Shown piece after piece: positions 10,684 to 19,930 of a stretch of 64,000 nucleotides of DNA. Numbering within the stretch: the stretch's first letter is position 1; each line of letters begins with the position of its first letter. A program made the position numbers and the translations under genes. Source of the stretch: an uncultured Chloroflexia bacterium (GTDB taxonomy: Bacteria; Chloroflexota; Chloroflexia; Thermomicrobiales; JALYUS01); contig CAVXPY010000043.1 of NCBI GenBank assembly GCA_963763655.1, forward strand, positions 49,283 to 113,282. Direction: 5' to 3'. The notes beneath the pieces were generated by a model. The model made no database searches, was not told where the DNA came from, and saw nothing but the letters and a program-made list of their open reading frames with translations.

Positions 10684-11480
10684 GATTTCGATTATGAGGA
10701 CGCGACGACGATTCAGGGGCGGGGCGGCATCTCCGCGACGGAGCGCACGATTGGCGGGTTGCGACTGCGACGTGCGTTCGATGCGATGGCGGGGCATACG
10801 GGATCGTGCATCCTGCTCGGCTGCGGTGCGGGGCGGCATAATCGTGCCATCCATCGATGCAGCGCCCGGACCTCCCGCTCGTCGGCACGGACCTGAGCGT
10901 CAGCGCGATCCGGGAAGCGGTGCGGGGGGCAACGGCGGCGTGTATCTCGTCGCGGATGCGGCGCGATCCCGGCCGCGGATGCCTCGTACGATATCGTCCT
11001 GCTGTTCGATCTCCTGGAGCATGTACCGGATGTGAGTCGATGTGTCGCGGAGATTGCGCGCGTCCTCAAGCCGGGCGGGCTTTTCCACGGCTTCGTCCCG
11101 CTCGAAGCGCAGCCGAAGACGCTCTTCCGCGCCCTGACGAAGAGCAGCGTATCCCGATTCATCAGTGGAAGCACGATCATGTCGGACATATCCAGCGGCT
11201 GACGACCGAACGCGTCACCGCGACATTCCGCGCGCACGGCATGGAGCCGACGGACCTCTCGTACTCCTTTCATCTGCTCGGGCAGGTCCATGACATCGTG
11301 GATTACTGGGGGCGGGAGCGGTTGCGGCGGGAACCGACCGGCCGGAAGGCGACCGTCACGAAGGCGGTGCAGCGCGTCGTCTTCTTCCCGACATGGCGGC
11401 TCACCTACTGGGAAGACACGCTCCTGAAGCGCAATCCGTGGGCGACCGGATTGCACCTGACTGCGATCAAGCGGGGATAA
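10609..11480 (+). CDS. class I SAM-dependent methyltransferase (Methyltransf_11/25-like); at least 3 apparent frameshifts; the 5' end is uncertain and runs through the heptamer array
   Basis: Motif I 'CILLGCGAGR' is present. 'YDIVLLFDLLEHVPD' and 'LKPGGLFHGFVP' lie in a shifted frame. The C-terminal 120 aa lie in a third frame (10857..11480). Confidence 0.55.
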
Positions 11481-11494
11481 GAGCCATTATCTTT

Positions 11495-11570
11495 CCTCAC
11501 CCCCGGCCCCTCTCCATCGCCGCACAAATCTGATACCCATCGTAACTTTCTGGCGATGGAGAGGGGAGGG
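11495..11570. repeat. family-A hairpin element, copy 2
   Basis: cctcacccccggcccctctccatcgcc-[26 nt]-ggcgatggagaggggaggg is an inverted repeat forming a ~27-bp imperfect stem. Confidence 0.7.
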
Positions 11571-11591
11571 ACACGGTTTTGCAACCCGCGT

Positions 11592-12093
11592 TTATGTCGT
11601 GGTCTGCGCTTGCACAACCGATGCAACATCGGCATTCGCCACTGCGATGACGTCTGCGATGGCGATTTCCAATGTGCGGTCGGCGCGACCGATGCCGCAG
11701 TAGACGGTGTTCATCGTTGCGGCTGCGTCGGCATCCACAATCGTTCGTGTCTCCGCGTGCGGCGGAAAGGGGGCAACGCCGCCGATGACGTAGCCAAGCG
11801 CCGCCTCGACCTCCTCCGGTGACGGGTTGCACGATGTCGGCACGCCGGGTGCCCGCTGCGTCCGCCAGTTTGCGATAATCCACACGATCCTGCCCCTTGC
11901 AGGCGACGAGAAGCCACGGCCCGTTCTTCACGCGGAAGACGACCGTTTTCAGCAGTTGATCGAGCGGGAACGGGAGTTGGGCTTTGGCATCCGCGACTGT
12001 CCGCGAAGTCTGATGCTTATGAACGTGAAAGTCGACACCCCGCGCGGTGAGCAGGCCAACAATATGCTCCTCCACGGAGCCGGAATCACCCAC
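11592..12093 (-). CDS. YbaK/ProX-type aminoacyl-tRNA deacylase (Cys-tRNA(Pro) editing domain homologue); one apparent frameshift near 11885
   Basis: The N-terminus 'MGDSGSVEEHIVGLLTARGVDFHVHKH...LKTVVFRVKNGPWLLVACKGQDRVDYRKL' continues in ORF 11592..11885 with '...ALGYVIGGVAPFP'. Confidence 0.65.
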
Positions 12094-12096
12094 GCT

Positions 12097-12497
12097 ATCG
12101 CTCCATGCTCTGCGCGCGGTCGATCTTGATGCGCACGATGGCGGGAGGCTTCGGCAGCGGGTTGTCCGATGAGGTAGCGCTTGCCGCCCTCCGGCCCACG
12201 ATACCGGGACGCCATGTGCAGCCGCTTGCTCAAGTCATGGTCAATGCTGATCGTTGCGATGCCGTTGATGGCGATGTAGGGGTAGCCGCTCGGGTCCACG
12301 ACATGAAAGGCGACGCGGGGATCGCGCGCGATGTGGCGAAGTTTCGCCAGGTCCTGCCGGGTGACGAACCAGATGTCGTCGCCGTCGAGGTCGTACCAGA
12401 CGGTGAAGAGGGACGGTGTACCGTCCACGCGGAGAGTGGCGACAGTGCCATACCGGGGTTCGGAGAGAAAGGCGCGCTGGGCATCGGTCAACGGCAT
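12097..12497 (-). CDS. pyridoxamine 5'-phosphate oxidase-family (FMN/F420-binding split-barrel) protein; one apparent frameshift near 12150
   Basis: 'RYGTVATLRVDGTPSLFTVWYDLDGDDIWFVT...VAFHVVD' is a PPOX-class fold signature. The alternate frame after 'KRYLIGQP' gives a typical C-terminus '...LPKPPAIVRIKIDRAQSMER*'. Confidence 0.65.
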
Positions 12498-12545
12498 CGG
12501 CTGAGTACGTGACCTACCGTTCCTCTTCGCATTCCTTCCAGGTAG

Positions 12546-12986
12546 TCAGGTGGGGTCGTTCGGTGATTCCAATTGCTCGGGGCCGAAGGAATGGGGGAGC
12601 AAGGCATCCAGCGTCGTCCGCAGAAAGACCGTGCCATCGGTATTGGCGATGATGATCGCGGCGTCCTTGCCGAACTCGCGGATCACCTGGCGGCAGGCGC
12701 CGCAGGGGGTCGCGGGGTCCGAGCCCGCCGTGACGACGGCGACCGCCTCGATGCGGCGGGCATACGGATTCGCAGACTTGCCGACGAGGCCGAAGATGGT
12801 GTTCCGTTCCGCACATGAGGTGAGGCCATAGGAGGCGTTCTCGATATTGCAGCCCCGATGGATCTGCCCGTCCGCCGTCAGGATCGCCGCGCCGACGGCA
12901 TAGTGCGAATAGGGCACATACGCCCGCGTCCGCGCATCCGTTGCGGCGGCGATCAGTTCGCGCTCCTGTTCGGATGTGATGGCAAC
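12546..12986 (-). CDS. cdd: cytidine deaminase
   Basis: The zinc ligands 'CAERN' and 'PCGACRQ' and the 'YVPYSHYAVGAAIL' block are present. There is no canonical start codon between family-B element 1 and 'AITSEQERE', so the start is set to V27 of ORF 12546..13064 and is uncertain. Confidence 0.75.
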   Translation of the reverse strand, partial: VAITSEQERELIAAATDARTRAYVPYSHYAVGAAILTADGQIHRGCNIENASYGLTSCAERNTIFGLVGKSANPYARRIEAVAVVTAGSDPATPCGACRQVIREFGKDAAIIIANTDGTVFLRTTLDALLPHSFGPEQLESPNDPT

Positions 12987-12989
12987 GGA

Positions 12990-13029
12990 CCTAACCCCCC
13001 AGCCCCCTTCCCCACAGAGGAAGGGGGAG
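12990..13029. repeat. family-B hairpin element (CCTAACCCCCCAGCCCCCTTCCCCAC-loop-GGAAGGGGGAG), copy 1
   Basis: Seen directly. Related copies are at 16663, 16758 (reverse orientation) and 41133. A perfect 9-bp palindrome GGACGGTTCgttGAACCGTCC follows at 13035-13055. Confidence 0.7.
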
Positions 13030-13062
13030 AAGGGACGGTTCGTTGAACCGTCCCCAAACTCC

Positions 13063-13100
13063 ACTCAGTCCTTAGTCCTCAGTCCTCAGTCCTTCGTCCT
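13063..13100. repeat. tandem heptanucleotide array (AGTCCTC/AGTCCTT x5)
   Basis: cactcagtccttagtcctcagtcctcagtccttcgtcct. It directly abuts the stop codon of the EF-G-like gene on the minus strand. Confidence 0.75.
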
Positions 13101-15191
13101 TATGTCGCCGCTGCGGCGGCTTCGTGGCGCGCGTGCGACTCCTTGATGATCGTCTCTTGCAAGTGCGCGGGGACGGTTTCGTAGCGGTCGAAGTGCATCG
13201 AGAAGGTGCCGCGTCCCTGCGTCATCGAGCGGAGATCGGTCGCGTAGCGCTGCACTTCGGCGAGCGGGGCGTCTGCCTCGATCGTCGTGAAGCCGCGACC
13301 GGGGTTCATGCCATGGACGCGCGCGCGCTTGCTGTTCAGGTCGCTCATGATGTCGCCGGTGTAGGAGTCCGGGACGGTGATCTCAAGGTGATAGACCGGC
13401 TCCAGGAGGACCGGATGCGCCTTCTGCGCCGCTTCCTTGAAGCCCTGCGATCCGGCGATCTTGAAGGCCATTTCGGAGGAGTCCACCGCGATGATACTTG
13501 CCGTCCGTCAGGGTCACGCGGACATTCGTCACCGGGAAGCCGGCGAGAAAGCCCTCGTGTAGGGACTCGCGGATACCCTTCTCGACTGCCGGGATGAAGT
13601 TCTTCGGCACATTGCCGCCGACGACCGTGTCCTTGAACTCGAAATCGTTGTCCGTGGTCGGCTCAACGATCAGGACGACTTCTGCGAACTGGCCGTGACC
13701 GCCCGTCTGCTTTTTGTGGCGGCTGGTGACCTGCGCCGTGCCCTGCACCGTCTCGCGGTACGGGACGACGGGCATATCGAGGTCCACATTGACGCCGAAC
13801 TTGCGCGCCATCCGCTCCGTCGCGATCTGGACATGCGAATCGCCCATGCCGGAGACGAGCGTGTCGCCCGTCACGGGGTCGCGGTCGATATGGATCGTCG
13901 GGTCCTCCTCAACGAGGCGATGCAGGCTCGTCCCCAGCTTGTCGAGGTCGCCCTTGCTCTTCGGGCGCACCGCGACGGTGTAAGACGGGTTCGGGAAATG
14001 GACGCCATCGAGGACGATAGGGTGTTCCGGCGCGCAGAGCGTGTCGCCCGTCGCGGCTTCCGCGAGTTTCGTCACCGCGCCGATGTCGCCGGGGCCGACA
14101 TCCCCGACTGCGGTTTGCTCTTTGCCGCGCACGACGTAGAGGCTGCCGATATGCTCATTCTTGGCATGGTTGGCGTCCAGGAGATTGGTGTTGCCGTGGA
14201 CGGTGCCCGTGTAGACGCGGAAATACGTCAGCTTGCCGACGTACGGGTCCGCCATCGTCTTGAAGACGAGCGCGACTGCCGGTTCGCTCGCGCCAACTTT
14301 AATGGCTGCAGGCTTACCGTCCGTGGTCTGCGCAGCGAGGCCCGCGCTGTCCGCACCGGGAAGAATATCGACAATCGCATCGAGTAGCGCGCTCGTTCCG
14401 GTCACCTTCTGGCAGGCACCCACGAGGACGGGGATGATATCGCCCGCCGCGACGGCTTTCCGCATCGCCGCCTTCAGTTCGTCCTCGCCAATCTCCTCAT
14501 CGCCGAGGAAGCGTTCGATCAGGTCGTCGTCCGTCTCCGCGATCTTCTCGACGAGCGCCAACCGCGCTTCCTCGACGGCGTCCGTCATGTCGCCGGGGAT
14601 GCTCGTCGCGGTCATGCTGCCATCGTTCTTACCATTCGCGGTGTAGGCGGTGCGGCTGAGGAGGTCCACATAGCCAGCGAAGGACGCCTCGCTGCCGATT
14701 GGCAGGTGGAGGGGGATGATGGCGCTTCCCCACGCCTCCTGCACCTGTTGGAGGGTGCGGGCGAAGTTCGCGTTCTCGCGGTCGAGCTTGTTCATGAAAA
14801 CGAGGCGTGGAAGCCGCGCCTCGTCGCTATATGCCCAGACTTGCTCGGTGCCGACCTCCACACCGGAGGCGGCGCAAAGCACAATGACCGCGGCGTCCGC
14901 CGCACGGAGGGCGGATTTGATCTCGCCGACGAAGTCCGCATAGCCGGGCGCATCGAGGAGGTTGATCTTGTGATCGCGCCATTCGAGCGGCAGGACCGAG
15001 GTACTGACGGAGATGTGGCGCTTGATCTCGTCTGGGTCCCAGTCCGAAATCGTGTTGCCGTCCTCGACGCGACCGAGGCGCGTCGTGGCTTTCGCGGTAA
15101 ACAGCATCGCTTCGCTGAGCGTTGTCTTCCCCGCGCCACCGTGCGAGAGCAGGACAATGTTGCGCAGTCTCTCAGGGGGATACTGTTTCAT
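13100..15191 (-). CDS. EF-G-family translational GTPase (EF-G paralogue); one apparent frameshift near 13490
   Basis: ATG at 15189-15191 with a GGAGG SD. G1 motif 'HGGAGKTT' and G3 motif 'DAPGYADF'. The domain II-V blocks are present. The C-terminal domain V ('...HFDRYETVPAHLQETIIKES') lies in ORF 13100..13486. Confidence 0.8.
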
Positions 15192-15536
15192 CGCGGGTAC
15201 CTCCAACCTGTGCCGAGGCGGCAGGGTTGCCGCCATACGATCGATCACACCGACCCCTCGGCCGGTGGGGGACAGAAGCCACATGAGGCGCGGCTTGATG
15301 CCATCGGGTCCATCGTCTTCGGTGGCGAATAGCGGTCGCATTTGTGATACGACAAGGCCAAAGCGCGTCGGGCATCATTGCGGCCCGGCGATATTCATAC
15401 GGTATCCGCTAGTATCGCACGGTCGCGGCGGTTGTCAATTTACGTTCCGATAACATCGCGGATCGTCGCTATGCCTCTCCGTCCTCAAGCGGGTGAGGCG
15501 GAGAATACGGTATGCTTCCCCTATTGGCTGTTTTCG

Positions 15537-16656
15537 ATGGCAGGGGAGGGGAATCCAGTGGCGAACGCGGACCTTGGGGCGATCAAGGGGCAACTGAAAG
15601 AGACGCTGCGCGAACTGACCGCGCTCGATGGCGTGGCGGGGCAGGAAATGGCGGTCGTGCGCTGGCTCAAGGAGCGATTCACGCCGCTGGCGGACGAGGT
15701 CGACGGTGGACCGGATGGGCAATGTCTTCGCGACGAAGCGCGGCAACGAGGGGCCGCATCTCGTCATCTCCGCGCACTCGGATGAGATCGGCGGCCTGGT
15801 CAAGGCAATCGAGGCGGACGGCAAAATTCGCTTCGAGCGCAACGGCGGCGTGATCGAGACGTTGCTCGTCGGGCGCAAGGTGCGTGTGGGTGGCGTGCCG
15901 GGGATCGTCGGCATCAAGGCGGGGCATCTGCAGCGACCGGAGGAGCAGCGCACCGTTCCGCCGATGCGCGATCTCTACATTGATGTCGGCTACGACACGG
16001 CGGCGGAGGTGGCCGCGCTCGGCATCCGCATCGGCACGCAGATCACCTACGATGCGCCGCTCTCCGAACTGACGAACGGCGACCGCGTCTATGGCAAGGC
16101 GGTCGATAACCGAATTTCCTGCGCGATTCTCCTCCTTCTACTCGAACGGTTGCAAGGCACGACCCTCGGCGGCACGCTGACCTGTGCGGTCGCGGTGCAG
16201 GAGGAGGTCGGGTTGCGCGGCGCGCAGGTCGTCGCTTATCGCCTCGATCCCGACTACATCATCGTCATCGACACGATGCCCTCCGGCGACACGCCGGAGA
16301 TGCGCCTGACGCAGGACGCCAATGTGAAGATCGGGGCGGGGCCGGTCATTCGCTTGATGGCGGGTGGTGGTGGCTCGGGGCATCATATGCCGCCGCAGAT
16401 GGTCCGTTTGATGCTGGAGACGGCGGAAGGCGCAGGTATCCCCGTTCAACCCGTCGTGCTTGGCGGCGCGAACACGGACGCCGGAACGATGCATCTCGTG
16501 CGCGAGGGCATCCCCACCGGCGTCATCAACCTGCCGCGCCGCTACTCGCACTCCCCCGTCGAAATGCTCGATCTCAACGACGCGGCACATGCCTTGCTGC
16601 TTGCGGAAGCAATCGCCAAGGGCCTCGGCACGCACCGGCTGGATTTTCTGGATTGA
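15537..16656 (+). CDS. M42-family metallopeptidase (glutamyl aminopeptidase / FrvX-like); one apparent frameshift near 15710
   Basis: 'GNVFATKRGNEGPHLVISAHSDEIGGLVKAIEADGKIRFERNGG' and 'CAVAVQEEVGLRGAQV' are M42 hallmarks. The N-terminal 58 aa lie in ORF 15378..15785. Confidence 0.75.
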
Positions 16657-16662
16657 CGGCGG

Positions 16663-16796
16663 CCCTAACCCCCCGACCCCCTTCCCCACGGGGGAAGGGG
16701 GAGTCAGCCGATTGAAGGTCTGCGGCCAATGCATCAGGGCACAATCTCCAGATGAGTCACCCCCTTCCTTTTAGGGATGGGGGCCGGGGGGTTAGG
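16663..16796. repeat. composite of two family-B hairpin elements in opposite orientation (16663-16694 and 16758-16796)
   Basis: ccctaaccccccgacccccttccccacgggggaagggggag ... cacccccttccttttagggatgggggccggggggttagg. Confidence 0.7.
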
Positions 16797-16797
16797 T

Positions 16798-17034
16798 ATG
16801 GATCACCTGGAACAGCAACTGATCGAGGCGCGTGATGCGCTGACTGAGTATTGGGAGCAGCCGGAGGGGCAGGCGTGCGTGCTCGCACTCCGCGTAGCGG
16901 CGGATGCGCTGGCGGACTTTGCGGAAGTGGATCGAGTGGCGGCGCGGCGGCAGGATGCGGACGCCTGGCGGCGCATCGAAACACTCGTCGATGAGATCGC
17001 CCGGCTCCGCGCGCCACTGCAAGGCGAGATGTAA
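16798..17034 (+). CDS. hypothetical small protein (78 aa)
   Basis: An ORF with no recognisable homology. The coding-looking segment lies between two repeats/genes. Confidence 0.35.
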   Translation: MDHLEQQLIEARDALTEYWEQPEGQACVLALRVAADALADFAEVDRVAARRQDADAWRRIETLVDEIARLRAPLQGEM

Positions 17035-17040
17035 GCGGAT

Positions 17041-17736
17041 TTACCTGCCCGCGATCTTGTTGAATTCGCTGAGAACCAGGTCAATATCGGGGCGATCCCC
17101 AAGATCGGTGCCGATGTAGCGCCACTTGACGACGCCGTTCTTATCGAGGATGTAGGTGGAGGGATAGGCGATGCCGCCCTCGATCGGCACGAGGACATCC
17201 GCCGGATTGAGCAGGCCATAGGCGTGGATGGCGCGGCGCTGTGGGTCGGAGAGGGTCGGGAAGGTAAGCCCGAGTTGTTGCGCATCCGGCAGGCCATCGC
17301 GCAGGTGCTGCTGGTCGTCCGCGCTGAGGGCGAGCACGTCGCCGCCCTTCGCCCGAATCGCCGCGATATGCTCTTGCAGCCCACCGAGCTGCGCGACGCA
17401 GTGGCTTCAGCCAAAGGTGCGGAAGAAGAGGATGATTGTCGGCTTGCCCCGGAAGTCGTGGAGCGAGACGGGCTCATTCTTCGCGTTCGGGAGGGTGAAA
17501 TCCGGTGCCGTCTCGCCAACCTTCACCGGCGCGCGGTCGCCGGGTGTCGTTGGGGGCGTGTAGTGATCGTCGGTGCCACCGCCGAGGGCGTTGATGAGCA
17601 GAATGGCGACCAATCCCACGAGCAGCGCCGCCCCGCCAAGGGGGAGGGCGAGGCGGGGGATCGCGTTCTTTCGTGATCGTGCGGTGGTCGTCACAGTGCT
17701 CCCTCGTAATCGGTTCGATTCTTCTGCATCATACAA
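17041..17736 (-). CDS. membrane-anchored redoxin (AhpC/TSA/TlpA-like thiol:disulfide oxidoreductase) with an in-frame TGA at the first position of its CxxC motif (candidate selenocysteine, U-S-H-C)
   Basis: ORFs 17407..17736 and 17041..17337 are in the same frame. The only interruption is the TGA at 17407-17409, which falls exactly at 'ILFFRTFG[TGA]SHCVAQLGG', the position of the resolving CxxC cysteine. The N-terminal TM helix, the 'APDFTLP...GKP' block and the C-terminal redoxin fold are present. Confidence 0.7.
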
Positions 17737-17744
17737 CGCCGCGT

Positions 17745-18533
17745 CTACGGGTGCGATGGGTTTGCGCGATGCATCACGTAGATGCCGTAGAGCGTCAAAT
17801 CATCATCGACGGAGTCGATCACCGATGTACCCTCTGCGATGATAGTGGCGAGAAATCCGGTCGCGATAACGCGCGGCGTTCCGCCCAGCTCGCGGGCCAT
17901 CCGTGTCACCAGCCCCTCGACCAGCCCGATATAGCCGAGCACGACACCGGAGCGCATGGCGTCCACGGTGTTCGTGCCAATGGCGTGGTCCGGCGCTTTC
18001 AGTTCGATGCTGTAGAGTTGTGCCGCCCGCCCGGCGAGCGCTTCGAGCGAGAGGGCGAGGCCGGGGGCAATCGCGGTGCCGACATAGTCGCCGTCCGCAC
18101 TGACGCAACTGAAAGTTGTCGCGGTGCCGAAACCAATGACGATAGCCGGGCCGCCATAGCGATGATAGGCCGCCGCACAGTTCATCACGAGATCGGCCCC
18201 CGCCTCCTCCGGTCGGTCGATCCGCACGCCGACGCCGAGGTCCACCCCCGGCCCGGCGACGAGCGGCGTGAGGTGCAGATAGCGCGTGCAGAGATCGCGC
18301 AGTTGCACGAGCACCTGCGGCACGACGGACGAGATCGCGACGGCGGAAACATCGGCGGGCGCGTGCCCGCTCGTGTGTAGCAGGGTAGCGAGTTGCACCC
18401 ACCATTCATCCGCCGTGCGCCCGCGATCGGTGGCGATGCGCCAGAGATGGAGCGGTCGCGCATCCGCGCCCGCATCGTTCGAGTAGAGGCCGAACTTGGT
18501 ATTGGTATTCGAGAGATCTATTGCCAGTAGCAT
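17745..18533 (-). CDS. coaX: type III pantothenate kinase
   Basis: 262 aa, intact. 'MLLAIDLSNTNTKFGLY' and 'GIYVM' with an acetate/sugar-kinase fold are typical of CoaX. Confidence 0.85.
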   Translation of the reverse strand: MLLAIDLSNTNTKFGLYSNDAGADARPLHLWRIATDRGRTADEWWVQLATLLHTSGHAPADVSAVAISSVVPQVLVQLRDLCTRYLHLTPLVAGPGVDLGVGVRIDRPEEAGADLVMNCAAAYHRYGGPAIVIGFGTATTFSCVSADGDYVGTAIAPGLALSLEALAGRAAQLYSIELKAPDHAIGTNTVDAMRSGVVLGYIGLVEGLVTRMARELGGTPRVIATGFLATIIAEGTSVIDSVDDDLTLYGIYVMHRANPSHP

Positions 18534-18587
18534 GACAGCATCCCCTATCGACCAGCAATCGACATGTAGTTGCTCAATCGACTTCCG

Positions 18588-19454
18588 CTAAGTGGGAACG
18601 CTCTGGCTCAGGTGGTTCTGTGCTCTCTCGGTTTCTTGCATCGCTTCGATGGATTGGCGACGCACGTACACACGACCATTTGCGGCATCATGGAAAGAAT
18701 CGAGTGTGCCATCCTCCATCCAGCGATATATAGTAGGGCGTGACACGCCAAGTTGGCTCGCCGCATTGCCGATGGTCATCAGCTCACTCGCATCGACTGT
18801 GTGGAGCTTCGCCTGTGAGAGCAGCTTACCAAGTGGTTCCTCCCAGAACGAGCGAGGCACCAGATACTGATCTTCACCCGGTAATCGGAATAGGAGTTCC
18901 AAAATCGCATCTACTTTCTGAAAAACCTGCTGTAGATCGGTATGTTCTTCCCCATTGGCAACACGCCCAAGGAAAAGGAGATCAGTGCCAATCGGACTGC
19001 GGCGTAACTCTGTCATCGAAACAACAGCCGGGCGTCTGCCGAGAAATCGTTGATATCGGAATGATTGGGAGTGTACGCGTTGTAACGCTTGATCGATGAC
19101 TTCCTGGGTTTGAGCATCGACAAACTCCTCTGAAGATGTATCAGCATCCTTTACATCAGAGTCTTCCACAGGTTCCTTTGGCAAGGGATCGTGGATGGAT
19201 ACACCGGCGCGGTGTTTCGCTTGTACGAGTTGGTACACTTCGTGCGCCAAATCGATGCCTGGGACGAGGAATACCTCCGTCGGTCGTGGCTCTCGTGCCA
19301 GCACTTCGCGAATAACCTCCTGCGCTCGTTCGCCTAGCGTTACGCGATTGGTCGCCTCATCGACATCTGCGATGGCTCCGCCGATGAGTAATGGCGTGCC
19401 GTCTGGCAAGATTTTCGGCCCAATGAACTCTTCTCGAACCCATTTCTGCTTCAC
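18588..19454 (-). CDS. hypothetical protein with a C-terminal excisionase/MerR-type helix-turn-helix (lower-GC islet)
   Basis: 288 aa. The C-terminus 'LMTIGNAASQLGVSRPTIYRWMEDGTLDSF' is an HTH_17-like motif. The N-terminal ~200 aa are unrecognised. GC is ~52% against ~67% in the flanks. Its start overlaps the stop of the upstream small gene (ATGA). Confidence 0.5.
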   Translation of the reverse strand: MKQKWVREEFIGPKILPDGTPLLIGGAIADVDEATNRVTLGERAQEVIREVLAREPRPTEVFLVPGIDLAHEVYQLVQAKHRAGVSIHDPLPKEPVEDSDVKDADTSSEEFVDAQTQEVIDQALQRVHSQSFRYQRFLGRRPAVVSMTELRRSPIGTDLLFLGRVANGEEHTDLQQVFQKVDAILELLFRLPGEDQYLVPRSFWEEPLGKLLSQAKLHTVDASELMTIGNAASQLGVSRPTIYRWMEDGTLDSFHDAANGRVYVRRQSIEAMQETERAQNHLSQSVPT

Positions 19455-19819
19455 CTCTGAGGATACATGACCGTTACGACAGTCATGGTGGTTGCGCGGC
19501 TGAAATCCGGATCATTGAACGCAATGACCACATCGACTTCATCGCCGTCTGCTCGCCGTCCTACGATCCGATACGTGATCCCTTCAGGATGATGAGGATT
19601 ATGACTGACAACGCGAGCATCCCTGTGAGTGATCGTAGCTTCCGCGTCTGCGAGTTCGATGTTCCGCAACATCCTGCGCTGTTCACTATGCACTGACGCT
19701 CGGACAGCGCCCTGATAAATCAATAAGACCGCGTGCTCAAGAACACGAACGTAGTGCTCCTGCGTCCTGCGATCCAAATCATTCCTCCACCCATCCTCCC
19801 GCTCACTATATGATAGCAC
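19451..19819 (-). CDS. hypothetical small protein (122 aa), DUF4258-like (putative toxin-like partner of the HTH protein)
   Basis: The C-terminal pattern '...GITYRIVGRRADGDEVDVVIAF...MTVVTVMYP' resembles the DUF4258 family. It is translationally coupled to the downstream HTH gene and lies in the low-GC segment. Confidence 0.45.
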   Translation of the reverse strand: MLSYSEREDGWRNDLDRRTQEHYVRVLEHAVLLIYQGAVRASVHSEQRRMLRNIELADAEATITHRDARVVSHNPHHPEGITYRIVGRRADGDEVDVVIAFNDPDFSRATTMTVVTVMYPQR

Positions 19820-19930
19820 GGGTCAGTTTGCGGCGGCTGGCACGATGGGCTACACTCGTGCGGGTAACCATCCCCACGCGCGAAATGAATTTCCGGGGCA
19901 ACAGCCCGTAGGATGCATGAGGGTACGACG

